A stretch of 20,000 nucleotides of DNA from an uncultured virus (IMG/VR IMGVR_UViG_3300010362_000017) (lineage: Duplodnaviria > Heunggongvirae > Uroviricota > Caudoviricetes). The notes under the pieces are model-generated. The model had not been told where the DNA came from and searched no databases. It was given only the letters and a program-made list of their open reading frames with translations. The translations under genes were made by a program, and so were the position numbers. The stretch lies in the IMG/VR virus record IMGVR_UViG_3300010362_000017. One strand, given 5' to 3'. Below, piece by piece: positions 1 to 7,605 of this stretch. Within the stretch, counting starts at the first letter, position 1, and each line of letters starts with the position of its first letter.

Positions 1-42
1 GTGCAGGGCAGGGCGCTTAACGAGCGTAGTTTCGATTGTCAT
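1..42 (-). CDS. 5' fragment of a hypothetical protein (MTIETTLVKRPALH...) running off the left edge
   Basis: ATG at 42 preceded by GGGAG; frame open to the window edge; same strand as the upstream operon. Confidence 0.45.
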   Translation of the reverse strand, partial: MTIETTLVKRPALH

Positions 43-59
43 TGCGATCTCCCGGGGCC

Positions 60-131
60 GGGCGGCGAGTGAGGCCGGATGGCGCGACCATCCCGGAGGA
101 GCTACCTCTAACCGTGCCCCACTCGCCGTCC
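60..131 (-). ncRNA. candidate structured RNA element (three-way junction) in an intergenic region
   Basis: 16-bp closing stem 60-75/116-131 with one mismatch and one G-U; inner hairpins 77-82/88-93 and 96-99/105-108. Confidence 0.4.
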
Positions 132-192
132 TATCCGCAGCGGCTGCTTGCCTCTAGCCGGGCTTCCAGGATTACCGGCTCGTGCGGAATCT

Positions 193-1311
193 CTATGCTG
201 CCTCCGGCGGCGCCCCGCCCAGCCTCTCTCTGGTGCGCTGCCATTCTCCGGCCAGCATCTCCCAGTCGATGGCTTCAAACTCGCCTTCGCGCGGGGCAAC
301 CATCTGGTTCCAGAACTGTACGGCGCCGGTCAGGGTGTGCATCTGCTGCAGTTGCGCCGCCACCCAATTCAAGGCGTCCTGTGCGTCCTTCTTGGGATCG
401 GGCATGCCCTGTGCTGGCGCGACCTGCTGGCTTCGCATATCAACGGCGGTGGCAATCCGCTCGTAGATTTGTGAGTGCCTGTCCGAAAGCATCTGCAGGA
501 TGGGATCGTTCTGCTCGTCCCACTCGCGTATCTCGTCCTCGGTCTTGGCTTGGCCGATCATGCGGATATAGGTGGCCGCCCATTCATCGGGGCCTTTGCC
601 GGGGCCGAGTATGATTTTATGGGGACCGGCCGGTGTGGTCGGTTCTTGCTTGGGCGTTTCCTGCTTGGGCGCGGAACCCCCGCCCTCCGCCGGGGCCGAA
701 TCGGCCGCCGCAGATTTTTGGTCTCGCGCAGGACCGGGTACGCGAGTCTTGTTCGTGTCGCCTTCGTCGGCATCCCCATCCTCGAAGTCGCCGGCGGGAA
801 CCTGGTAGAGCGAAAGCAGAAAGGATTTCCGCGCGCCGCTATGGCATTTGTTGACGGCCTTGTCGTCGTAGTCGCCCTTGCGCGTGCGGGCGACGCACAT
901 GCCGGTGTGCAGCTGCGGCGGCAGGCTCTCACCCGATTCGTGGTAGACGATGAACTCGTATTGAATCGCGAGACGACCGCCCTCGACCGTTTCGACCTTG
1001 ATCTGGCTCTGCGTGACGGCCAGCCCGTTCGCGCCCATCAATGGCGTGATGGCGTACAGCAGGTCTTCGAAGCGGGCGTAGTCGTAGTTGAAATAGTCGT
1101 TGTGCCCACGTTTGCGGATTGTGCCAACTTCCTTCATCACGTTGGCGATAGCCCTGGTGATCTTGCCGGTCGGCCGGGGAGGCGGCGCTGCGGTGCGCTG
1201 CGCAATCTCCTGCCTTGCGGCACCGTCGACTTGCGTCAGCCCGGCTGTGGCGGTGGTTCCACGCGGCCCCGGCACCATCGGGACACGGGGTTTGGAGGGT
1301 TGATCGTTCAT
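193..1311 (-). CDS. ERF-superfamily single-strand annealing (recombination) protein
   Basis: N-terminal AIANVMKEVGTIRKRGHNDYFNYDYARFEDL and DKAVNKCHSGARKSFLLSLYQVPAGDFEDGD match the ERF pattern; low-complexity linker, then helical C-terminal domains; ATGA overlap with the upstream gene. Confidence 0.8.
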   Translation of the reverse strand: MNDQPSKPRVPMVPGPRGTTATAGLTQVDGAARQEIAQRTAAPPPRPTGKITRAIANVMKEVGTIRKRGHNDYFNYDYARFEDLLYAITPLMGANGLAVTQSQIKVETVEGGRLAIQYEFIVYHESGESLPPQLHTGMCVARTRKGDYDDKAVNKCHSGARKSFLLSLYQVPAGDFEDGDADEGDTNKTRVPGPARDQKSAAADSAPAEGGGSAPKQETPKQEPTTPAGPHKIILGPGKGPDEWAATYIRMIGQAKTEDEIREWDEQNDPILQMLSDRHSQIYERIATAVDMRSQQVAPAQGMPDPKKDAQDALNWVAAQLQQMHTLTGAVQFWNQMVAPREGEFEAIDWEMLAGEWQRTRERLGGAPPEAA

Positions 1312-2237
1312 ACTGCTTTCTGCTCCTCTAGGACGTTGACGCCTGGCACGGTAATCCCTGAACGCACGGCGCGGTTAGCGAGGTCCTGGACGGCCATCTT
1401 GATGTCAGGACTATCAGCGAAAAAAGCCAAGCACGCCTTGTAGTCGGTGATCTCGGCGTGCTTGAGACTCTTGAGCGTCATCGCTCGTCCGCGCGTGCCA
1501 GCACGGGGACGACGGGCATCGCCAGTGGGAGGTGTGCCCGCCGCCGCCGCCGCCTTGGCCTGTTCTTCTTGAGCTTGCTTGAGCTTGCTCAGCCAAGGCG
1601 TAAGGAGTTTGTATTTCAGGTCTTTGTAGGTCTCGGCTTTGAGCAGCACCGGCGCCCACTTTTTCTGCACCGCTTTCATGCCTTCGTCGTAGGGCCGGCG
1701 CTCCTCTTTGCGCTGCTCCTCGGCGAGGTGGCATAGCTCTGCCAGGCGATCGGCGAGGTTCGCGATACGGTCGGCCTCAGCCTGATCGGCGATCGGCGGC
1801 CCCTCAATGCGCCGTATGGCCTCGCGCGCCAGGTCCTCGATTTGGTCGAACAGAGTCTCGTAGCTCATATCCTCGGGCGGGAGGTTGTCGCCCATCGGCA
1901 CCAATTCGTGCTCGTCCGGCCACGGCTTCCCGTCCTCGGCAACGGCGCGATAGGCTTCCTCGCTGACCGGATGATTGCCCACCATCACCCATAGGTCTTG
2001 GCCGCGCTCCGGCGTCACGTCCGTGTCGCCGACACGGCAGCACAACCGGCCATCCCATCCGGGCCAGTAGGCAATCGGCGTAAAGGTGCGGCGCGCGCCA
2101 TACTGCTCCTTGTGCGGCTTGCGAAAGAACCCGGCGTGCGGCGTGCCTTCGTTCATCTCGACGGGCATGCCGGCGAGCTTGGCCTTCCACCACGCCCAGG
2201 CGTCATAGTTGTTGTCGTAGAACGATTCCGTGCTCAT
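1308..2237 (-). CDS. phage hypothetical protein with C-terminal coiled coil, translationally coupled to ERF (loosely Gam/Gp157-like)
   Basis: 309 aa; AAGGAG RBS; aromatic N-terminal domain; coiled coil RKEERRPY...VQKKWAP; ends GITVPGVNVLEEQKAV. Confidence 0.7.
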   Translation of the reverse strand: MSTESFYDNNYDAWAWWKAKLAGMPVEMNEGTPHAGFFRKPHKEQYGARRTFTPIAYWPGWDGRLCCRVGDTDVTPERGQDLWVMVGNHPVSEEAYRAVAEDGKPWPDEHELVPMGDNLPPEDMSYETLFDQIEDLAREAIRRIEGPPIADQAEADRIANLADRLAELCHLAEEQRKEERRPYDEGMKAVQKKWAPVLLKAETYKDLKYKLLTPWLSKLKQAQEEQAKAAAAAGTPPTGDARRPRAGTRGRAMTLKSLKHAEITDYKACLAFFADSPDIKMAVQDLANRAVRSGITVPGVNVLEEQKAV

Positions 2238-2246
2238 TCACGCTCC

Positions 2247-2483
2247 TTATTGAGTGCGGGGCAGTCGCGGGCGCGGGCCATGCAGCGCGGACGGGATATC
2301 CACCATCTGCGCGAGGTACAGGGCGGCGATGTCCAGGCGCCGCGTTTCCAGGATCGCACGGCAGTATTTGACGTGCAGGTGCGCCTCGGCGTTGCTGATC
2401 TTCTTGGCGTCAATCAGCTTCCATATCTTGTACATCTTGGCGCGAAGCTCGGCCGTCTCCTTCAACAGTTCGTCGGTGTCCAT
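2247..2483 (-). CDS. small hypothetical protein (78 aa, MDTDELLKET...)
   Basis: GAGGA RBS before ATG 2483; stop lies just upstream of the next RBS. Confidence 0.6.
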   Translation of the reverse strand: MDTDELLKETAELRAKMYKIWKLIDAKKISNAEAHLHVKYCRAILETRRLDIAALYLAQMVDIPSALHGPRPRLPRTQ

Positions 2484-2751
2484 AGGGGCTTCCTCTGTGT
2501 CCAAGTCGGTGATTTCCAAAGTCGAGTTTCCGGCCGATCTGGCGGACGACAGTCTCAAGTTCGTCCAGGGCCAGCTGCAGCGCGCGAATGTCGGCCTTGG
2601 CCTTCTGGCGTAGGCGCTGGACTTGCTGTGCGCGCGCGCTCAGCTGCGGCCGGCACTGCACGCACAGCGTCGTGTCATCGGCTGCGAGCGGCCCGCCGCA
2701 ATCCGTGCAGCGCAGCGTTCGCGTCATGCCGCGCATGAAGCTATCAGTCAT
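2410..2751 (-). CDS. small Zn-finger plus coiled-coil protein
   Basis: CTDC...CVQC followed by an amphipathic helix; ATGACTGA overlap with the upstream stop; start uncertain. Confidence 0.55.
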   Translation of the reverse strand: MTDSFMRGMTRTLRCTDCGGPLAADDTTLCVQCRPQLSARAQQVQRLRQKAKADIRALQLALDELETVVRQIGRKLDFGNHRLGHRGSPYGHRRTVEGDGRASRQDVQDMEAD

Positions 2752-3736
2752 AGTCGCCATCGTTCTTGCCGATGAACCCGCCACCCGCCAACTCGTTGGC
2801 GCACTCCATCACTAGCTGGCGGTCGCGCGCGCCGGTCTCGCGCACCAGGTCGTCAATCGTGTACCTGTAGCTGCTGCCGCGGATAACCCGCAGGATTGCG
2901 TGTTTCACGTTCTGCTTGATGATGGCCCACTGCGCGTCGGTCATCGCCAGGCTCATCTCGTGCAGGGATTGCGGCTTCGGCTTCGCTGCCGGTTCGGGCG
3001 GTTCGGGCTGCTTTTCCGCCTGCTTCCTCCTCAAGACGATGTTGGCCTTTTGATTCTTGAGCCGCTTGGCCAGCTTGCCCAGGACAACGGTCTGCTCGGT
3101 GATCCACTCCCGCGTTTGACCGTTTACCCTCCATTCCGGCACATAGCGGTTGTGCGCGTCGACCATCATGGGCGCTGCTTTGCGCTCCGCCGGCTTGCGG
3201 TAGTCGCGCTTGCGCCTGGGCTCTGGCTCGGGCGGAGCGGTCTTGGCGACAGAAGCAGCGGCGCGCTTGGCCTTGGTAAGAGTTTCGCTCCTCTCCCACT
3301 CGGCGTCGGCGAGTGCGGTCTGGAGGATACGACGCTCGCGCTCTGCCCGTAGTTTCGCTTCCTCCTCCGCGTGTATGCGCTGCATCTCGGCGCGCTGTTC
3401 GCTCACGGCAATACGGCTGGTACGGCGACGCTCCTTCTGTTCGGGAGTGAGCCGCACCGTCGTGTCGACGCCGAGACGGCGCACGACACCGGGTTCCTCA
3501 TCCCAATGGTTCTGCCAGTAGTCCATTTCCTCGTCGGGCGCGGGCCGGCGGTCGCCGGCAAAGTTCTGCCAGCCACCAACCTGCTGGGAGAGCGAGCCGT
3601 TTTCGATATATCCCCGGTCGCAAATGCGCTGAATGAACTCCCTGTCGTCCAAGGTGAGAGGGCGCGCCAAGAAATCGTTCCATTCCATGTAACGGAAGGC
3701 CCGCTTGATCGTCTTGGTGTAGACGCCCGGTTTCAC
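2744..3736 (-). CDS. hypothetical protein with coiled coil and possible C-terminal winged-helix-like domain
   Basis: 330 aa; GTGA overlap with the upstream gene; C-terminal ILRVIR...YTIDDLVRETG...ELAGGGFI. Confidence 0.65.
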   Translation of the reverse strand: MKPGVYTKTIKRAFRYMEWNDFLARPLTLDDREFIQRICDRGYIENGSLSQQVGGWQNFAGDRRPAPDEEMDYWQNHWDEEPGVVRRLGVDTTVRLTPEQKERRRTSRIAVSEQRAEMQRIHAEEEAKLRAERERRILQTALADAEWERSETLTKAKRAAASVAKTAPPEPEPRRKRDYRKPAERKAAPMMVDAHNRYVPEWRVNGQTREWITEQTVVLGKLAKRLKNQKANIVLRRKQAEKQPEPPEPAAKPKPQSLHEMSLAMTDAQWAIIKQNVKHAILRVIRGSSYRYTIDDLVRETGARDRQLVMECANELAGGGFIGKNDGDYD

Positions 3737-3993
3737 TTGCGCTTTGCCCTCTTACGACGTGGCGGTGCCCTCTTTTTCTTTCGCTGCCGCTCGGTGTAGT
3801 CGCGGAAATATCTGAGGTATGCCTCGATGTTGTGGAGCGAATCGCAAGCTGTCATCAGGCAGTTCCGCGTTCGCTCCTGGTAGTCCCGTATGTCGCGCAA
3901 AACCTGAGTGGCGGCCAGCAACTCGCGCACGCGCTGGCGTAGGGTTTCCTCATCGGCCGCCTTGATCTCCGCCTCGGTCATGATCTGAAACAT
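3733..3993 (-). CDS. small basic helical hypothetical protein (86 aa)
   Basis: TGATG coupling at 3991-3995; basic C-terminus. Confidence 0.55.
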   Translation of the reverse strand: MFQIMTEAEIKAADEETLRQRVRELLAATQVLRDIRDYQERTRNCLMTACDSLHNIEAYLRYFRDYTERQRKKKRAPPRRKRAKRK

Positions 3994-4187
3994 CACTTTG
4001 TCCTCGCACGGCAGCGCAACGCCCAGGCGGGACAACCGGGCGGCTTGGTCTGCTCTGCGGTGGGCCAGGGGCGATAGTCGGCGGCGCGGACGCGCGTGGT
4101 GAGAATCGTCACGATGAATAGGATGGCGACCACCAACGCGATGATGATCGTCACTTGCGCGCGCCAGACCTGGCGACCGGGAGTCAT
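3993..4187 (-). CDS. small single-pass membrane protein (64 aa)
   Basis: GGAGG RBS before ATG 4187; hydrophobic segment VTIIIALVVAILFIVTILT. Confidence 0.6.
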   Translation of the reverse strand: MTPGRQVWRAQVTIIIALVVAILFIVTILTTRVRAADYRPWPTAEQTKPPGCPAWALRCRARTK

Positions 4188-4333
4188 GTTTTCCTCCGCG
4201 TGTAGATGCCGGAGAAGGTGCGCCGGGCGCAGCGGTAGCAGAACTCCTCCTCCGGCTCTTTCAGGCGTGCCGGCTCGCGGTCGCCTTCCTCGCGGCGCCA
4301 GCACTCGTCACAGATTGGAACGGTGTAGTTCAT
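4184..4333 (-). CDS. 49-aa Zn-finger microprotein (not in the ORF track)
   Basis: MNYTVPICDECWRREEGDREPARLKEPEEEFCYRCARRTFSGIYTRRKT; ATGA overlaps at both ends. Confidence 0.65.
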   Translation of the reverse strand: MNYTVPICDECWRREEGDREPARLKEPEEEFCYRCARRTFSGIYTRRKT

Positions 4334-4545
4334 GCGCTCCGCTCCGATACTGTCACGTGGACTTCCATCAGCTTGCCGAATCGCGCAGCGCGGGTGAGCA
4401 CGTCGACCAGTGCTTTAGTCAAGACCTGGGCGTCACGCTCGAAGTCCATCCCGTGGGCCGACAATAATATCGGGGTGGGGTAATACCTCGGATCGTCTAT
4501 CCAGAGGTTGTCGGCGTTCCCCTGGAACCGTTCGTGTTTCATCAC
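4330..4545 (-). CDS. small hypothetical protein (71 aa)
   Basis: start/stop overlaps with both neighbours. Confidence 0.55.
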   Translation of the reverse strand: MMKHERFQGNADNLWIDDPRYYPTPILLSAHGMDFERDAQVLTKALVDVLTRAARFGKLMEVHVTVSERSA

Positions 4546-4727
4546 ACCGCCCCCATCGGCTTGCGTGCGCGCGCCAGCGTGTACCGGCCACGGCCAAGCT
4601 CGCGCAGGATGCCAATTTCCGCGAGGTGTCCGAGTGTCGGCAGTCGCTTGAGGCCGGCTCTGTGGTAGGCAGTCTTTAATACCGCGGCCTCACGGCGGCG
4701 GATCACGTGATTGACGCGCTTTCGCAT
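4542..4727 (-). CDS. small basic protein, possibly a winged-helix fragment (61 aa)
   Basis: AGGAGG RBS before ATG 4727; LAEIGILRELGRGRYTL. Confidence 0.55.
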   Translation of the reverse strand: MRKRVNHVIRRREAAVLKTAYHRAGLKRLPTLGHLAEIGILRELGRGRYTLARARKPMGAV

Positions 4728-5298
4728 GTGATGTCCTCCTGGGTTTGGTCTTACCGTCAAATCCTCTGGTGAGTTTCTTGTCGAAGCCTCGACTACGAAT
4801 CTTCCGCTTCGGCTTTTTGTTCCAATCGATGGCACTGTAGTTTTCGGCGTAGAGATCACGCGGTTCGTTCATGCGCTCGTAGGCGTTTTTGGCTCCCGCC
4901 TCGAAGCCTGCGCGAACAGCCTCGCCCATAGCTACGACGATATTACCGTGCGGGCCATGCAGTGCATTGCTCCAGTCGAGCAGGGCCTTCTGTGAGCGGC
5001 GCGCGTCCGCTTTCGTGCGAATGCGCCGGCTCTTGGCGATGATCTTGGCGTCCTCCCTAGTCTTCTCCTTGTGCGCTTTGCGCAGCATCGGCGTCAGGTT
5101 CCAGTACACGTCCTCGCCTTTGAACGTGTGCAGCCGGTTGTGATCGAAATGGAACAACGAAAGGAACTGGTGTTCCGTCATCTTCTTGGCGTCGGTGTAC
5201 CAGAGCGGCCCCTTGTAGCGCTCCATCGCATACGCCAGCAGGGCGCTGGCGCATTTGGTCCGCCATGAAATGTGCTTTCGACGAGTCTTGTCAGCCAT
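4690..5298 (-). CDS. HNH-like endonuclease
   Basis: FDH-x12-NL-x7-H-KEKT-x2-D-x3-IAK pattern plus basic KIRSRGF tail; start taken at MADK (5298). Confidence 0.6.
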   Translation of the reverse strand: MADKTRRKHISWRTKCASALLAYAMERYKGPLWYTDAKKMTEHQFLSLFHFDHNRLHTFKGEDVYWNLTPMLRKAHKEKTREDAKIIAKSRRIRTKADARRSQKALLDWSNALHGPHGNIVVAMGEAVRAGFEAGAKNAYERMNEPRDLYAENYSAIDWNKKPKRKIRSRGFDKKLTRGFDGKTKPRRTSHAKARQSRDPPP

Positions 5299-5316
5299 CG
5301 TGTGCAATGTTATAGG
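5288..5316 (+). promoter_or_regulatory. sigma70-like rightward promoter
   Basis: TTGTCA (5288-5293)-N17-TATAGG (5311-5316) with TG in the extended -10 position. Confidence 0.5.
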
Positions 5317-5336
5317 TGTATGGCGATGTCTGTCAA
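5309..5336 (-). promoter_or_regulatory. sigma70-like leftward promoter
   Basis: TTGACA (5336-5331)-N16-TATAAC (5314-5309). Confidence 0.55.
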
Positions 5337-5526
5337 CCGAAAGCCGCCGACCGTTTCCGTCACAGTTCGGCTCCCGCGCCGCCTGGCAGCGCGATTGAAG
5401 GAGGCCGCCAATGTTCGCGGTTGGCCACCGGCGCCCAGCCAGGCACAGATTGTTGCGCGTGGCGTGGAAATAGTCCTGGACACATTGAGCAAACAAGGCG
5501 GGGCGCTCAGTGACGGTACACGGTAG
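5326..5526 (+). CDS. ribbon-helix-helix (Arc/CopG-like) DNA-binding protein
   Basis: TVSVTVRLPRRLAARLKEAA...SQAQIVARGVEIVL: alternating beta strand followed by two helices. Confidence 0.7.
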   Translation: MSVNRKPPTVSVTVRLPRRLAARLKEAANVRGWPPAPSQAQIVARGVEIVLDTLSKQGGALSDGTR

Positions 5527-6091
5527 TACGGGCAATCCAGGACGCGCCAGCCTCAGAGAGCGTGCTGACGACCGCTACGATACGCCGCCGCAAGCGGTCC
5601 ACGCGCTGGTCAAAGCGGAAATGCTACCGCTGCACATCTGGGAGCCGGCCTGTGGTGCGGGCTCTATCGTCAACGTGCTGCGCGAGGCCGGCCATACCGT
5701 CATGGCGACGGACCTGCAGAACGGCGGATGTTATGACAGCCGCTTTGGCATTGACTTCCTGATGGAGTACACCGCGCCGATCGGCTGCGAAGCGATCATC
5801 ACCAACCCGCCGTACAAGCTGGCAGACCAGTTCGTGCGGCACGCGCTTACATTGGTGCCCAAGGTCATCATGCTCTTGCGGTTCAACTACTTGGAGGGCG
5901 TGGGCCACAGCGACATCATCGATAAGCACCTGGCGCACGTATATCTGTTCCGCAATCGTCTGCCGATGATGCACCGCAAGAACTGGGCCGGGCCAAAGTC
6001 TACCAGCATGGTTGCATTTGCGTGGTTCTCCTGGATGCGCGGCCACACCGGGCCGATGACGTTGAGCCGGCTGACGTGGACAGATGAGTGA
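5510..6091 (+). CDS. compact amino (N6-adenine or N4-cytosine) DNA methyltransferase
   Basis: DRYDTP (motif X), IWEPACGAG (motif I), DFL, IITNPPY (motif IV). Confidence 0.8.
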   Translation: MTVHGSTGNPGRASLRERADDRYDTPPQAVHALVKAEMLPLHIWEPACGAGSIVNVLREAGHTVMATDLQNGGCYDSRFGIDFLMEYTAPIGCEAIITNPPYKLADQFVRHALTLVPKVIMLLRFNYLEGVGHSDIIDKHLAHVYLFRNRLPMMHRKNWAGPKSTSMVAFAWFSWMRGHTGPMTLSRLTWTDE

Positions 6092-6599
6092 CGATGTTCG
6101 TATTCGGCTGACCTGGGACGAGATACTTGAGGCCGCTCTAGTTGGTTGCGTGACTAATATCGACAGCCTGAAGCGCAAATACGTGCCGGGCAACAATGCG
6201 CCAGAGGAGGAGAACTGGACTTTCAACATCGAGGGCAGATGCGGAGAGAAGGCCGTCGCCAAGCATTTCGGTGTGTACTGGGCCGCGATGACGAACATGG
6301 GCAATCCCAAGGCTGACGATGTTGGGCCGTATCAGACCAAGACCAACACCAGCCGCAAATGGGATGACCTGATCCTGCGCGATAGCGACAACATCGACCG
6401 CAACTATATCTCGGTGTTGAGCTTCCTGCCCGATTTCGTGATCACCGGATGGATGGAAGGCACGGAGGTTAAGCAGGAAAAATGGAGACGCGAAGGAAGC
6501 CCGGGCAGGGCGCCGGCGTTCTTCTTCCCGCGCAAACTGCTGCATCCGCTGAGAACATTGCCGGGGCTCGTGGTCGCGCGACGAAGGCCGCTGGTTTGA
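6084..6599 (+). CDS. hypothetical protein, possible PD-(D/E)XK-fold nuclease
   Basis: GRCGEKAVAK helix, then ADDVG and YQTKT; ATGAGTGA overlap with the methyltransferase. Confidence 0.55.
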   Translation: MSDDVRIRLTWDEILEAALVGCVTNIDSLKRKYVPGNNAPEEENWTFNIEGRCGEKAVAKHFGVYWAAMTNMGNPKADDVGPYQTKTNTSRKWDDLILRDSDNIDRNYISVLSFLPDFVITGWMEGTEVKQEKWRREGSPGRAPAFFFPRKLLHPLRTLPGLVVARRRPLV

Positions 6600-6724
6600 C
6601 ACGTAAAACCAAGCCGCCCGATTTGCAGGAATGGGTTGCCAGGTACGGGGGATATCAGAACATTCCGTGGGAAAAGTGGGACGCTGCGACGGCGCAGTAT
6701 CACATCGCGCGTCGGATGAGGTAA
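6596..6724 (+). CDS. 42-aa microprotein (MTRKTKPPDLQEWVARYGGYQNIPWEKW...)
   Basis: TTGA overlap with the upstream stop; ends 3 nt before the next ATG. Confidence 0.5.
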   Translation: MTRKTKPPDLQEWVARYGGYQNIPWEKWDAATAQYHIARRMR

Positions 6725-6727
6725 AAC

Positions 6728-7255
6728 ATGCCAACAGGCGGCGACGGCTCGGTCATCCTGGAGCAAGCCTATGCGCTCAGTAAGATGCTCAACAACAAAA
6801 GCTGGCACGGGTTGTTGCGCAGCGGCATTACTCCATCGGATATCGACTTGCCGTACATCCCGGTGGTGTTCGGCAGCTTTGCACGTACCATCCTCTGTGA
6901 TTTGTCGAACAGCTACAGACAGTGGTCCGAGGCGCCGACCGGCCAGCATCGGCTCTATCGAGAGTTGACAACATCGGCGCCGCACATTGCCGTGCTTTGT
7001 CACCACAACGTCACCCCGGAGATGGGCCGCAAGATCGACACGCTGTACGATATCGACTCGTTTCAAGTGATGCTGGAGGATTTTGGTTTCGTGTACTCGA
7101 AGCTATTCGAGGCCGACGACTGGCAACCTTTCGTCGAGCGCTGGGTGAACGATCCGCATGGACCGCAGTTCATACGTCGCCGGTTGCTCGGCAGCTGGGC
7201 CAAGCAGAACAGCCCAACAACTCCGGCCTCATTGCAGACGGCCGTTGCAAAGTGA
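6728..7255 (+). CDS. hypothetical protein, possible degenerate PD-(D/E)XK-like fold
   Basis: 175 aa; GAGG RBS; ITPSDID...ILCDLS...PTGQ. Confidence 0.6.
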   Translation: MPTGGDGSVILEQAYALSKMLNNKSWHGLLRSGITPSDIDLPYIPVVFGSFARTILCDLSNSYRQWSEAPTGQHRLYRELTTSAPHIAVLCHHNVTPEMGRKIDTLYDIDSFQVMLEDFGFVYSKLFEADDWQPFVERWVNDPHGPQFIRRRLLGSWAKQNSPTTPASLQTAVAK

Positions 7256-7273
7256 TAGCTATTCGAGTACACT
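7245..7273 (+). promoter_or_regulatory. sigma70-like promoter
   Basis: TTGCAA (7245-7250)-N17-TACACT (7268-7273). Confidence 0.6.
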
Positions 7274-7277
7274 GAAC

Positions 7278-7379
7278 GCGATGGTCATGGCACTGTGCCG
7301 GTACGCGGCGTGGGGTTGCTGCCCACGGGACATAAGGGAGTAGCTTCCCTCCGGTTTGTCCATGACCATCGCTTTTTTT
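7278..7379 (+). ncRNA. candidate sRNA or attenuator leader, multi-branched, ending in a U7 tract
   Basis: perfect 13-bp inverted repeat 7278-7290/7360-7372, inner stem 7297-7301/7351-7355, hairpins 7309-7327 and 7335-7350, then T7 at 7373-7379. Confidence 0.6.
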
Positions 7380-7389
7380 GGAGGCCCCG

Positions 7390-7605
7390 ATGGCACACGA
7401 GTGGACACAGTATCGGCGCACAACGGTACAGGACATGCGGCCCTACGAGCCGGGCGAAGACGTAACGAACATCGAGATCAATCCGATTGACGCTGCGCAG
7501 GGCTCGCCGAAAGAGGGTGACATGATCGCCCGCAATCCGAACGATGAGACCAAGGGCTGGCTCGTGAGCCAGCACTATTTCGCGCACAACTTTACGCGGG
7601 TATGA
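7390..7605 (+). CDS. conserved-looking small phage protein (71 aa)
   Basis: GGAGG RBS; YRR...MRPYEPGED...GSPKEGDMIARNP...WLV...YF..NF. Confidence 0.7.
   Translation: MAHEWTQYRRTTVQDMRPYEPGEDVTNIEINPIDAAQGSPKEGDMIARNPNDETKGWLVSQHYFAHNFTRV

Noticed and set aside
475..1443. 322-aa plus-strand ORF (also 36-614 and 1998-2738)
   Set aside because: Antisense shadows of the ERF operon
3852..3858. Second CTGATGA on the minus strand
   Set aside because: Inside a CDS, with no properly placed GAAA or stems, so not a hammerhead
5299..5535. N-terminal extension of the HNH ORF (281 aa)
   Set aside because: It would overlap the RHH gene and promoters antisense; the start at 5298 fits the symmetric promoter
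7278..7372. tRNA, or antitoxin RNA of a type I toxin-antitoxin pair
   Set aside because: No T-loop, D-loop or anticodon geometry; the antisense micro-ORF (MVMDKPEG...) is not hydrophobic
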